A stretch of DNA of 64,000 nt from Thermodesulfobacteriota bacterium. GTDB taxonomy: Bacteria > Desulfobacterota_D > UBA1144 > Nemesobacterales > UBA2774. Positions 18,576-29,399 of the stretch are shown here, in pieces. The stretch spans positions 1,012 to 65,011 of the forward strand of contig JBGSVA010000021.1 in the NCBI GenBank assembly GCA_041753155.1. Reading direction: 5' to 3'. Position 1 is the first letter of the stretch, and each line of letters starts with the position of its first letter. The position numbers were made by a program, and so were the translations under genes. The notes under the pieces are model-generated. The model had not been told where the DNA came from and searched no databases. It saw only the letters and a program-made list of their open reading frames with translations.

Positions 18576-19817
18576 CTATATATAAAACCCCATGCTCGCG
18601 TAGCTGACGACCGATCCGGTGTCAGGCTCGAGCGCCTGCCCGTAATCGAGCAGCTTCCCCCGTTCCGCATCGATCGTCGCGAGGGTCGCGTATATCGGGG
18701 AAAGCCCGCATACCTTCCGCCAGTCCTTCTCTCCCTCGACCGACCTGTAAAACCCCTCCGGGTCCATCTTCTCGCCGAAGGAGAGGCTCAGCATGTCTCT
18801 TTCCTTTATCTTGCCGAGCGTGAGGTCGTTTACGGGTTCTTTATCCCCGAACTTAAGCCCCACGTGGGCCATGTCGGCACCCGCGATTATAAAAATATTA
18901 TCGCCCATATCCCTTACGATCCCCGAGACCGCTTCGAGGAAGCCCGAGATCGTTTCGTCCTCTGCCGGGGACCTGCCCTCCCTGACCAGTCTGTAAAATG
19001 AGTTGCAGAGTACGGGCACGATCCTGAATTTCTTTTTTCCGTTCATAATGTGCTGGAGGAAGGCGACCTGGAACTCTATCGAATGCTCGGTGCGGTGCGA
19101 GATCTCGCCCTCATACAAATCCCATTCGCACGCAGTTTCAAGCTTCTCGATTATATTTCTGTCCGTTTCAGCTTCTCCGAGAGGGGTCATGAAGTTCTTT
19201 CTGGTCAGGATGAACGGGTTTTCCACCTCCGCGTAGTGGGACGTGCCGAAGATGAGGAACGTATCCGCTTCGTTTTCCCGGAGTAGCTCCCTGTATGCGA
19301 GCGCGTACGATACGCCGCCCCTCCCGTAGTCGATATGAGGGGATATAAGCCCCCTTAATTTTCCGGTGGCTTCTCTTTGGGGCCCGGACTCCTCCGCCTT
19401 GCTGAAAAAGGCTTGAAACCATCTTTCGAGCTCCCTCGGGTCGCCCGGATATGAGAGGCCCGCGTGGCTCGGCTCCCTCGTCCCCGCTTCGCGGAAACCG
19501 GATTCTATCCGGTCCTTATAGTCCCTGAAATTTTCGCTTTCGAGAAAGAGGGCCTCGTCGAGCTGCTTTATTAAATTCTCTATTTCGTCTGACAAGACCA
19601 GCTCTCCGAACCTCTCCATGACGAGCGACTGTATATCTTGTACAGTCTTCGTCCCGTCGAAGAGGCTCAATATCCTGAGGGTCTCGATCGAGATGGCGAG
19701 GATATTATCCGACAGGTTCTGAGGGTCCCTCAGGCATATGATCCTTTCCCCTTCGACCTCGGCGGGAATAACCTCGACGTACCTCATTTTAGGGTATTCA
19801 ATATTATTATTCGTCAT
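18576..19817 (-). CDS. fusion protein: N-terminal PqqD/RRE-like peptide-binding domain plus C-terminal Memo-family (AmmeMemoRadiSam system protein B-like) domain
   Basis: Residues ~15-100 contain LRILSLFDGTKTVQDIQSLVMERFG...SDEIENLIKQLDEALFLE, which matches PqqD's LELVDGRRDVAAIIAELNERF...DDVVEFL. The remainder carries the Memo motifs HAGLSYPG, SPHIDYGRGG, FGTSH and EHSIEFQ. The start overlaps the hyuB stop as ATGA. Confidence 0.6.
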   Translation of the reverse strand: MTNNNIEYPKMRYVEVIPAEVEGERIICLRDPQNLSDNILAISIETLRILSLFDGTKTVQDIQSLVMERFGELVLSDEIENLIKQLDEALFLESENFRDYKDRIESGFREAGTREPSHAGLSYPGDPRELERWFQAFFSKAEESGPQREATGKLRGLISPHIDYGRGGVSYALAYRELLRENEADTFLIFGTSHYAEVENPFILTRKNFMTPLGEAETDRNIIEKLETACEWDLYEGEISHRTEHSIEFQVAFLQHIMNGKKKFRIVPVLCNSFYRLVREGRSPAEDETISGFLEAVSGIVRDMGDNIFIIAGADMAHVGLKFGDKEPVNDLTLGKIKERDMLSLSFGEKMDPEGFYRSVEGEKDWRKVCGLSPIYATLATIDAERGKLLDYGQALEPDTGSVVSYASMGFYI

Positions 19818-21382
19818 GGGTTTTTTGGTTTACCCCACCCGCCCCCGCCTGGTGTCCTGATCTCGAGCACGTCGCCTTTCCTTACCGTGAACGTGGACTT
19901 GGGAGGTATAACGGATGATTTCCCCTTACTCAATAGAATGTTCCTGCCTTTTTTCCCCCGCCCACCGCCTTGAATGCCGTAGGGCGCAGACTTCCTTCGC
20001 TCGGTTATCAGAGAGACGGTCGCGTCCGTGAGGAACCTGTATTTCCTGACTATGCCGTCTCCCCCCCTGAACCTGCCCCTGCCTCCGCTCCCTTTCCGCA
20101 CGGAATAGGAATCGATCATAACCGGAAGCTCCCTCTCGAGCGCCTCGATCGGTGTGTTGAGGGTATTGGTCATGTGGGTCTGAACAGCGTTCACGCCGTC
20201 CTTCCCGAACCTCCCTCCCATGCCCCCTGCGATCGTTTCGTAGTAGGCGAAGTTCTTCCCGGTCCCGGGGTTCACCCCTCCGAACGTGGTATTGCTCATC
20301 GTACCCGCGCTCGCGGCCGGTATCTTCCCGGGGACTGCTTTGGAGAGCGCCCCGAATACTATATCGACGACGCGCTGCGAGGTCTCGACGTTCCCCCCGA
20401 CCACGGCCGCCGGGTATTCGGCATTGAGTATAGAACCCTTTTCGGCCTTTATGTCTATTACTCTCAGCGGGCCCGAGTTGAGCGGCATTCCTTCGGGCGC
20501 CAGGCACTGAAATACATAAACGACAGCAGCGGTGGTCACGCTGAGGGGCGTGTTTAAACAACCCCTCACCCTCCCGGACGACCCACTGAAATCCACGACC
20601 GCTTTATCCCCCTTTATCGTTATCGACACCCTGAGGGGTATATCCCTCGTGCCCGCCCCGTCGTCGTCGAGGACGTCCTCGAACCTGTAAACCCCGTCGG
20701 GGATATTCCTTATCGCCCCTCTCATTATTTTTTCACTATAGCGGAGGAGCTCGTCACCCGCCTCTTTAACCTTTTTTAACGAGTACTTCGCGGTGACCTC
20801 ATTTAACCTTTTTATACCGAGCTCGAGAGAGCCCAGCTGCGCCCTCAGGTCTCCTTCCCTCTCTTCCGGGTCTCGCGTTGCGGACAGTATGCCTTCAAAG
20901 AGGGACCTGTTCAGCTTCCCTTTCTTGTATAGTCTCGACGGGGGGATCAATATCCCTTCTTCGTGTATCGATGTGGAAAGCGGCATCGAGCCCGGCGTGA
21001 GGCCCCCCATGTCCGCGTGGTGGGCGCGGGAGGCGACGAAGAATTCGAGCCCGCCGTCCGCGAATACCGGGGCTATGCATGTGACGTCAGGCAGGTGTGT
21101 CCCCCCTCTGAACGGGTCGTTAAGTATGAAGACGTCGCCCTCGGCTATTCCCGGCTCTCCGATTATCGCTTTCACGGCGAAGCTCATGGAGCCCAGGTGT
21201 ACGGGAATGTGGGCCGCCTGCGCGATCATCTCTCCCGAGGCTTTGAATATTGCGCAGGACAGGTCCCTCCGCTCCTTTATATTGGGCGAGAACCCCGCGC
21301 GTATGAGGACGACCCCCATTTCCTCGGCGACCGAGCTGAGCGCGTTCTGAAATATTTCGAGTTCGAATGGGCTAAGGGGCAT
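19814..21382 (-). CDS. hydantoinase B/oxoprolinase (HyuB) family protein, with no HyuA partner nearby
   Basis: 522 aa with the HyuB signature SPNIKERRDLSCAIF...AHIPVHLGSM. Confidence 0.8.
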   Translation of the reverse strand: MPLSPFELEIFQNALSSVAEEMGVVLIRAGFSPNIKERRDLSCAIFKASGEMIAQAAHIPVHLGSMSFAVKAIIGEPGIAEGDVFILNDPFRGGTHLPDVTCIAPVFADGGLEFFVASRAHHADMGGLTPGSMPLSTSIHEEGILIPPSRLYKKGKLNRSLFEGILSATRDPEEREGDLRAQLGSLELGIKRLNEVTAKYSLKKVKEAGDELLRYSEKIMRGAIRNIPDGVYRFEDVLDDDGAGTRDIPLRVSITIKGDKAVVDFSGSSGRVRGCLNTPLSVTTAAVVYVFQCLAPEGMPLNSGPLRVIDIKAEKGSILNAEYPAAVVGGNVETSQRVVDIVFGALSKAVPGKIPAASAGTMSNTTFGGVNPGTGKNFAYYETIAGGMGGRFGKDGVNAVQTHMTNTLNTPIEALERELPVMIDSYSVRKGSGGRGRFRGGDGIVRKYRFLTDATVSLITERRKSAPYGIQGGGRGKKGRNILLSKGKSSVIPPKSTFTVRKGDVLEIRTPGGGGWGKPKNP

Positions 21383-21445
21383 CGGATAATCTCAACACTG
21401 CGTTTCCCGGCAGCGTTTGCGGGTCTCTAGTCGAGGAGTCGATTA

Positions 21446-21907
21446 TTATTCGGGCGCGGGCGCGGAAGGCGTCAGGGTTTCGAGGTTCGAGTATCTGCAG
21501 AGCCCGGAGTCGTAGTACCTGACTTCGGTATTTTCCCTGAGATCGGCCTTAGGGCTTCCCGGAATTATGTGACTGCCGTTCTCACAGTCCTGTACTACTT
21601 TTAAAAACGGTACCGGCGCCGGGTCTCCCGGCCCGTATTTGCCCTTTATATTCTTTGCGACTTTCACTGTAGCCGTACATTTCGATACCATCTCGGGCAT
21701 AAAACCTGTTGAACCTTCATCGGCGGGTCTGCATTCTTCGGAATCGTAAGGCTTACCGCATTCGATTTTAATGACCGTGCCCTCTACGGCGTAATCCGAG
21801 CTATTGAGGAGCTCATCTTCCGAGCAAGGGGGCGGGATAGAGTAGACGCGTACCGCTCCAATCGTGAATAGAGTAAAAATGAGTGGTATTATTAACTTGT
21901 TTTTCAC
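21446..21907 (-). CDS. secreted Cys-rich hypothetical protein
   Basis: Signal peptide, about 8 Cys in the mature ~130 aa, and a PAPE tail. It lies 64 bp upstream of hyuB on the same strand. Confidence 0.45.
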   Translation of the reverse strand: MKNKLIIPLIFTLFTIGAVRVYSIPPPCSEDELLNSSDYAVEGTVIKIECGKPYDSEECRPADEGSTGFMPEMVSKCTATVKVAKNIKGKYGPGDPAPVPFLKVVQDCENGSHIIPGSPKADLRENTEVRYYDSGLCRYSNLETLTPSAPAPE

Positions 21908-21998
21908 CCTGATTATACTAATGTATTGTGCTTTTATTCATTGTCAAACGAAATCTTGAGAGCGGAGAAATTGAGTGCGCAAGGGGATAATAAATAGA

Positions 21999-22949
21999 AT
22001 GAAAATTTTGGTCACCGGCGCCGCCGGGTTTATAGGCTCACACCTTGCCGAAAGGCTCTTGAAAGAAGGTTATGCGGTCAAGGGATTGGACTCGTTTCTC
22101 GATTATTATCCGCGCAGGATTAAAGAGCACAACGTCAGGGGTCTCAACGGGAAGAAGGGGTTCGAGTTCATTGAAGGAGATATGCTCGACCTCGATTTAG
22201 TGAAGCTACTCGACGGCGTAGACGCGGTGTTCCATCAGGCTGCGATCGCGGGGGTGAGGTCGAGCTGGGGCGCCAGGTTCGACGAATACGTCAGGAACAA
22301 CATACTCGGGACGCAGCTCCTTCTCGAGGCCTCCAGGGACAGAGAGCTTAAGAGGTTCGTATACGCATCGTCCTCGTCCGTTTACGGCGATTCCGACGAG
22401 CTCCCGATAAAGGAGGCCTCCCCTGTGAGGCCAGTCTCGCCTTACGGCGTTACGAAGCTCTCAGGCGAGCAGCTCGCGTATCTCTATTACAAGGGCTACG
22501 GCGTCCCGGTCGTTTCCCTCAGATATTTCACCGTCTACGGGCCGCGTCAGCGCCCGGACATGGCCTTTCACAAGTTCCTGAGGGCGGTCATCACAGGGGG
22601 GGAGATAGAGGTCTACGGCACGGGGGAGCAGACGAGGGACTTCACATACATCGGGGACGCCGTCGAAGCCAACCTCGCCGCGTTCTCAAGCGGCGTGAAC
22701 GGCGAGGCGTACAACGTAGGCGGAGGCAGCAGGATAAGGCTCATCGAATGCATAAGGTTAATCGAGGAAATATCCGGGAAGAAGGCCAACCTCAGGTTTA
22801 CGGACCCCCAAAGAGGTGACGCGAAACACACCTACGCCGACGTCTCGAAGGCTAAAAAAGATTTCGGGTATTCTCCCGTGTTCGGCATACGGGAAGGCCT
22901 CACTGAGCACTACAATTGGCTAAAGAAGAATATGGAGCTTTACAGGTAG
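21999..22949 (+). CDS. NAD-dependent sugar-nucleotide epimerase/dehydratase (SDR family)
   Basis: MKILVTGAAGFIGSH Rossmann motif and YxxxK (YGVTK). The start is set at the ATG at 21999, preceded by an AAGGGG Shine-Dalgarno. Confidence 0.8.
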   Translation: MKILVTGAAGFIGSHLAERLLKEGYAVKGLDSFLDYYPRRIKEHNVRGLNGKKGFEFIEGDMLDLDLVKLLDGVDAVFHQAAIAGVRSSWGARFDEYVRNNILGTQLLLEASRDRELKRFVYASSSSVYGDSDELPIKEASPVRPVSPYGVTKLSGEQLAYLYYKGYGVPVVSLRYFTVYGPRQRPDMAFHKFLRAVITGGEIEVYGTGEQTRDFTYIGDAVEANLAAFSSGVNGEAYNVGGGSRIRLIECIRLIEEISGKKANLRFTDPQRGDAKHTYADVSKAKKDFGYSPVFGIREGLTEHYNWLKKNMELYR

Positions 22950-22950
22950 A

Positions 22951-23820
22951 TCAACCGATAGCTTCTTTGAGCGTTTCTCCCATCTCGGCGGGGCTCGGAC
23001 ATACCCTGACTCCCGCCCTTTCAAGGGCCGCTACCTTATCCTTGGCGCTTCCCGAGCTTCCCGATATGATAGCACCCGCGTGACCCATCCTTTTCCCTTT
23101 AGGAGCAGTCGCTCCTGCTATAAATGCGACTACGGGTTTGGACATGTGGCTCTTTATGAATTCGGCCGCTTCCTCTTCCGCGCTCCCGCCGATCTCGCCT
23201 ATCATCACTACCGCGTCCGTGTCCTTGTCCTTTTCAAAAAGCTTGAGTATGTCGATGAACGTCGAGCCGATTATCGGGTCTCCCCCGATACCGACGCATG
23301 TGGACTGTCCTATGCCGAGGTTAGACAGCTGCCATACGGCCTCATATGTCAGCGTGCCGCTCCTGGATATGATTCCGATCCTTCCGGGCGTGTGTATGTA
23401 TCCCGGCATAATGCCGACTTTCGCTTCGCCGGGCGTCATCACCCCCGGGCAGTTGGGCCCCACGAGACGCGCCTTCTTGCCCTTCATGTATTCCTTCACC
23501 TTTATCATGTCCTGGGTAGGGACGCCTTCCGTGATGCATATTACGAGATCGATCCCGGCGTCTATCGCCTCCACCATCGAATCCATCGCGAACGGTGCGG
23601 GCACGAATATCAGCGAAGCGTTGGCCCCGGTCTTCTTGACTGCGGCCGCAACGGTGTCGAATACGGGGAAGCCTTCGACCTCTGTGCCGCCTTTCCCCGG
23701 TGTGACCCCTCCCACGACCTTGGTGCCGTATTCCCGGCACTGAGTCGCGTGGAACAGGCCCGCGCTCCCTGTAATTCCCTGAACTAGAACCTTTGTATTT
23801 TTATTGACTAAAATACTCAT
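22951..23820 (-). CDS. sucD: succinyl-CoA synthetase alpha subunit-like (CoA-binding / ATP-citrate-lyase-like fold), with no adjacent beta subunit
   Basis: [24 protein letters not shown]... contains the phospho-His loop GHAGAI. Confidence 0.8.
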   Translation of the reverse strand: MSILVNKNTKVLVQGITGSAGLFHATQCREYGTKVVGGVTPGKGGTEVEGFPVFDTVAAAVKKTGANASLIFVPAPFAMDSMVEAIDAGIDLVICITEGVPTQDMIKVKEYMKGKKARLVGPNCPGVMTPGEAKVGIMPGYIHTPGRIGIISRSGTLTYEAVWQLSNLGIGQSTCVGIGGDPIIGSTFIDILKLFEKDKDTDAVVMIGEIGGSAEEEAAEFIKSHMSKPVVAFIAGATAPKGKRMGHAGAIISGSSGSAKDKVAALERAGVRVCPSPAEMGETLKEAIG

Positions 23821-23974
23821 GCTTCAGTACTCCTTTTCGGCGGCTCCGGATTAAATGCCGTAACGGCGGAGAGGAATCATAACACAGTGTTTTACCGCAT
23901 GCAAACCCTTAAGCCCCTCGTCCAATACGAGTCATATCGCCGATATTCTCGAAGATTTTTTCGAAACGAACGGG

Positions 23975-24844
23975 TTATTCGATGTTCTGGAGCTGCTCCC
24001 TTATTTTTTCCAGCTCGGAGCGGAGCTCTATGGTGAAATGGGAGATCTCGGCGTCCTTGGCCTTCGCCGCTACGGTGCCTGCCTCGCGGTTCATCTCCTG
24101 GAGCAGGAAATCGAGCTCCTTTCCGATCGACCCCTTCTGCCTGAGGGTCTCCCTGAATTTGCCTATGTGCGCTTTTAGTCTGACTAATTCTTCTGTAATA
24201 TCGCTTCTTTCCGTGAGGAACGCCGCTTCCTGATAGAGCCTGGCTTCGTCTATCTGATTGTCTTCGAGGATCTTGGATATCCTCTCCTTCAGCTTGGCCG
24301 AGGATGTCGCCATGAAGTCCTTCCGCTTTACGGCTATCGTCCGTGTCAGGTTCTCTATTTTGTCGAGTCTCTCCCTGAAGTCCTTCTCGAGCTTCTTACC
24401 CTCGTTTTTTCTGGTATCGTCCAGCTTCTGGATCGCCTTAGAGAGGATCTTCTCGATATCGATGACATCGCTTCCGGTGAGCTGGTCCGCGGTTTTCGTC
24501 GTAAAGATATCCTTGATCGTCAGGAAGTGCTCGATCCGCAAATCTTCCTTGATGCCGAACTCCTTCTTCAGGGACTCGATGCTCTTTTTTAACTGCTTGG
24601 CGACTTCGACATTCAGAACGGGTGGAGCCGCTTTTGTCCCTTCGATTGCGAGGGCGATCCTCAATTTCCCCCGCAGTATAAGTTTTTTTACGGTTTCAGC
24701 GAGCTCGGGCTCGATCGATGAAGCCGATTCCGGAAGCAGGAACTTGATGTCGAGGAACCTGTGGTTCTCCGACCTCGCCTCCACAATCACCCTGCCGTGC
24801 CTCGTTTCGCCTTCGCTCTTCCCGAATCCGGTCATGCTTTTCAT
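23975..24844 (-). CDS. yicC: YicC-family stress-induced protein
   Basis: Begins MKSMTGFGKSEGE, the canonical YicC N-terminus. The start is set at 24844, where it overlaps the upstream gene's stop as ATGA. Confidence 0.75.
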   Translation of the reverse strand: MKSMTGFGKSEGETRHGRVIVEARSENHRFLDIKFLLPESASSIEPELAETVKKLILRGKLRIALAIEGTKAAPPVLNVEVAKQLKKSIESLKKEFGIKEDLRIEHFLTIKDIFTTKTADQLTGSDVIDIEKILSKAIQKLDDTRKNEGKKLEKDFRERLDKIENLTRTIAVKRKDFMATSSAKLKERISKILEDNQIDEARLYQEAAFLTERSDITEELVRLKAHIGKFRETLRQKGSIGKELDFLLQEMNREAGTVAAKAKDAEISHFTIELRSELEKIREQLQNIE

Positions 24845-25422
24845 CTTTTCGTCACCTCTTTCAGCTGGCTTCCGTACTCGTGCCTCAGCTTCCTGAACAG
24901 CTCCATCATCTCGTCGCTTCCGTAATCGGGGTATGTCCATTCGAGCATTCTGAAATCGTCTTTTACGTATAGCAGCGTAAGGTCGGCATATACGCCTCTT
25001 CCGAGGTAGGGGCGGTGGGAATAACCTTTTCCTGTGGCGAGTATTATGTGCTCCTGTGCAATGTATCCCGGGTCTATGTTTATCGTCCTCTTGTTTTCAT
25101 ATGAAAATACCTTCTCCAGTTTATTTGTAAATATCTTCATTTCTACGATCTCTTCCCTCTTTATAAGCTTTTTGAAAGTAATTATGACCCTCCTCAGGGC
25201 GGGTCCCATTTCCTCTTCGTAGTATCTGGTGCGATCGAAGGGCATATCGCCGCTCATAAACCCAATTTCGCCGATCCCCTCCTCGAGACTCCTCAAGCAT
25301 TCATCGATCGGGGAGGACGGCCCGTAAATGATCCCTGTGAAAAGTTTTACCGGTGCGGGTTCGGTGAGACGGCTCATAGAATCTTGAGTTCGAAGGATAT
25401 TCGAATCATACCGCAGTTTCAA
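24841..25422 (-). CDS. conserved hypothetical protein (possibly DUF4416 family), translationally coupled to yicC
   Basis: 193-aa ORF whose stop overlaps the yicC start. The family assignment is from memory only. Confidence 0.35.
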   Translation of the reverse strand: MKLRYDSNILRTQDSMSRLTEPAPVKLFTGIIYGPSSPIDECLRSLEEGIGEIGFMSGDMPFDRTRYYEEEMGPALRRVIITFKKLIKREEIVEMKIFTNKLEKVFSYENKRTINIDPGYIAQEHIILATGKGYSHRPYLGRGVYADLTLLYVKDDFRMLEWTYPDYGSDEMMELFRKLRHEYGSQLKEVTKR

Positions 25423-25566
25423 GATTATTTGAGGCTTATTGCATGCAATGGTAAAATCCGTTGACAGGGCGGAGGAATTTCTGCAGCTGCCTCATTGTCA
25501 TAGGCGTGCGCCCTTTTCTCTTCTCTTGATTATCAAAAGCCAATATTACAAGATAACCGGCACTAT

Positions 25567-26847
25567 ATGACAATTAGGAAATCGATAATACTCCTGACTC
25601 TGCTCGTCATAGCCTCGGTCTCGTTAAGCCTCGGCTTCTCGAGGAATTTCCGTAAGGAGATGGGGTTCTTAAACGATTACGGGGATAAAATAGTCTACGC
25701 GGTCAGGGGCTCCTGGTATCCGTATTCTAAAATTCCTTATACCGAAGTCCCGAGCGAATATCCCCAGGCCGCGACATATTTCTTTGCCCTCCCCTATATT
25801 ATAATGGGCTTTCCGGGCCCTCTCGATACCCGCCTTATCGAAGAGCTCGAAGCCTTCGTCGGGAGCAGTCCCCCGGTAAACCCCAACTTGCCTTCGTCTC
25901 CGCATTTGAGGAACAAGCTCTTCATGCGCTATGCCTTCGTCTTCTCGCTGCTCATGGTCCTGTTCCTCTTTTTTTCCATATTGATCGTCTATAGATTGAG
26001 GCCCGACCGGAAGTACCTCGCGTTCCTCATGCTCCTTCCCGGAGGACTTTATTTTACTCATAACAGGTTCGATATTATCCCTGCGTTCCTCGGACTCCTG
26101 GCCATATACCTGCTTTCGAGAAACAGGGACAAAATTTCGGCGTTTGTAATAGCGCTCGGGTTTCTCACGAAATGGTATCTCGCGCTGCTCCTCCCCGTCT
26201 TTCTCTCCTACTATTACACCCGGAGGAGAAAAATAAACTGGCAGATGGTCCTGGTGTTCGCGATAACCTGCATTGCCCTGTTACTGCCTACTATCATATC
26301 GGGAGGACTCAAAGGGCTGCTCGCTCCCTATGTCACGCAGCTCTCCCGCGGCCTTGACCAGCCGTCCTTGTTCTTTCTCATAACTATTTTTCTCGACCGC
26401 GGATTCGGTTTCGATATCAATAATTCTTATTTCGCGGTGGCGTCGCTCGTGCTCCAGTTCTCCATGATACCGCTATGCGTGACGAGCAGGGTCGATTCTG
26501 TGGACAAGGTGATCAGATGGACCCTGTTGTCCGTTCTCGTCTTCATAATATTCGCCAGGATAAATTCGCCCCAGTGGATTCTGTGGGTAAGTCCGCTCCT
26601 GATATTGACCGCTTCCGGGAGGTCGTTCGTCGCGGGAATTATCCTCCTCGACCTGCTTACCTACCTCCAGTTCCCTATCCTCTTTTATCTCCGCGAATAC
26701 GGCGGCCCGTACTACGATCTATTTCTCCTGGTATTTTCAGTCAAGCTTGCATTGCTGATATTGTTCGCGATATACATATTCCGGGGTTTGATAGGCGACA
26801 ATTTAGTCTTTATATACCTGAACGGCCGGAAGGAGAGCAGGGCCTGA
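25567..26847 (+). CDS. polytopic membrane protein (GT-C/DUF2029-like glycosyltransferase candidate)
   Basis: 426 aa with more than 10 predicted transmembrane helices and no soluble domains. Confidence 0.4.
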   Translation: MTIRKSIILLTLLVIASVSLSLGFSRNFRKEMGFLNDYGDKIVYAVRGSWYPYSKIPYTEVPSEYPQAATYFFALPYIIMGFPGPLDTRLIEELEAFVGSSPPVNPNLPSSPHLRNKLFMRYAFVFSLLMVLFLFFSILIVYRLRPDRKYLAFLMLLPGGLYFTHNRFDIIPAFLGLLAIYLLSRNRDKISAFVIALGFLTKWYLALLLPVFLSYYYTRRRKINWQMVLVFAITCIALLLPTIISGGLKGLLAPYVTQLSRGLDQPSLFFLITIFLDRGFGFDINNSYFAVASLVLQFSMIPLCVTSRVDSVDKVIRWTLLSVLVFIIFARINSPQWILWVSPLLILTASGRSFVAGIILLDLLTYLQFPILFYLREYGGPYYDLFLLVFSVKLALLILFAIYIFRGLIGDNLVFIYLNGRKESRA

Positions 26848-26917
26848 AGCGGGGCCGACATTATCCGGAAGTGTAAAATTTCTTGATATATCCGCCCCGA
26901 CAACTTATTCTAATTGC

Positions 26918-27427
26918 TTGATGCCGCGGGGTATTTTAGAGAAGAGTATGAGAAAAACATATTATGCAGTAATCGCCGCCCTAATGTTGAGCGCACTGCT
27001 TTCCTGCATAGGGAAACCCGAGCCCGAAATTCCGGAAAGGAAGGTTTTAGACCCTTCCCCGACAAAAGTGGTCGAAGAATTGCTCAAGGCCTGGCAGAAA
27101 GAGGATTTCAAAAGGGCCTTCAAATATGTCTACGCGCCTTATTCGGATGAAGAAGGCTATGTAATTCAGATGAAGAACTATTTCAAGGACAATCAGATAT
27201 CGATTCTCGACTATCATGTGCTCGGGACCCAGATTTACGACAGGACGGCCATAGTGATCGTGGAGCTGAGACAAAAACTTAAATCCCCCAAGACGGGCAC
27301 TGTCATAGAGCTCAATCAAAAGAGCCAGTACGACCTGGGAATTTTCGAAGACGAATGGAAAGTTACTGCGGGGATCTGTTTCGAGAACTGTATAGAGAAA
27401 GAGAAGGATTTAAATGTGAATGAGTAG
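26918..27427 (+). CDS. hypothetical lipoprotein
   Basis: Lipobox LLSC. The probable true start is the internal MRKTYY at about 26948. Confidence 0.5.
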   Translation: MMPRGILEKSMRKTYYAVIAALMLSALLSCIGKPEPEIPERKVLDPSPTKVVEELLKAWQKEDFKRAFKYVYAPYSDEEGYVIQMKNYFKDNQISILDYHVLGTQIYDRTAIVIVELRQKLKSPKTGTVIELNQKSQYDLGIFEDEWKVTAGICFENCIEKEKDLNVNE

Positions 27428-27430
27428 CCG

Positions 27431-28231
27431 ATGATAAGGGTATCCGTGATGGGCGCAGCGGGGAGGATGGGGCAGAGGATAATCTATTACCTCTCCAGGG
27501 ACGAGGGGATCAAGATAGTCGGGGCCAAGGAAGCCGAGAGGCACCATTCGCTCGGGATTGATGCAGGGATCATCGCTGGCGTGGGGGAGATAGGCGTCCC
27601 CATAACGAGCGATATCGCCGAGTCCTCTTTCGGGGCCGATGTGATAGTCGATTTCTCGTCTCCGAAACCGACTCTCCTAAACGCTTCCTATGCATTGGGG
27701 GAGGGCAAGTCCATGGTAATAGGGACGACGGGCTTTACGGAAAAAGAAGAGGGTGAGTTGAGAAAGCTGTGCCGGGGCTTTCCCTGCGTGGTTTCGGCCA
27801 ATATGAGCATCGGCGTAAACGTGATGATTGAAGCGACCAGGATACTCGCGCGCACGCTGGGAGACGAATACGACGTCGAGATCTTAGAGGCCCACCACAA
27901 GCATAAGGTCGATTCCCCGAGCGGCACGGCGTTGATGATCGGGCAGGCCGCCTCGGAGGGCCTGGGCAGGGATTTCCAGGAGGTCGCCAGATTCGAGAGG
28001 CACGGGAGGGTAGGTGAGCGGAAACAGCATGAGATCGGCATACAGTCGCTCAGGGGCGGAGACGTGGTCGGGGAGCACACCGTCATGTTCCTGGGCGAGG
28101 GTGAGAGAATAGAGCTTACCCACAGGGCCTTCAGCAGGGACAATTTCGCAAAGGGGGTCCTTCGCGCCGTTAAATGGATCTACGGTAAACCGCCCGGGGT
28201 CTATACGATGAAGGATGTCCTCGACCTTTGA
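27431..28231 (+). CDS. dapB: 4-hydroxy-tetrahydrodipicolinate reductase
   Basis: MIRVSVMGAAGRMGQRI NAD-binding N-terminus and the conserved EAHHxxKxDxPSGTA motif. Confidence 0.9.
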   Translation: MIRVSVMGAAGRMGQRIIYYLSRDEGIKIVGAKEAERHHSLGIDAGIIAGVGEIGVPITSDIAESSFGADVIVDFSSPKPTLLNASYALGEGKSMVIGTTGFTEKEEGELRKLCRGFPCVVSANMSIGVNVMIEATRILARTLGDEYDVEILEAHHKHKVDSPSGTALMIGQAASEGLGRDFQEVARFERHGRVGERKQHEIGIQSLRGGDVVGEHTVMFLGEGERIELTHRAFSRDNFAKGVLRAVKWIYGKPPGVYTMKDVLDL

Positions 28232-28271
28232 CCGGAGACTGTGCTCTTTCCGGTTGATTCCCCTAAAGTGA

Positions 28272-29398
<1,127 letters not shown>

Positions 29399-29399
<1 letters not shown>

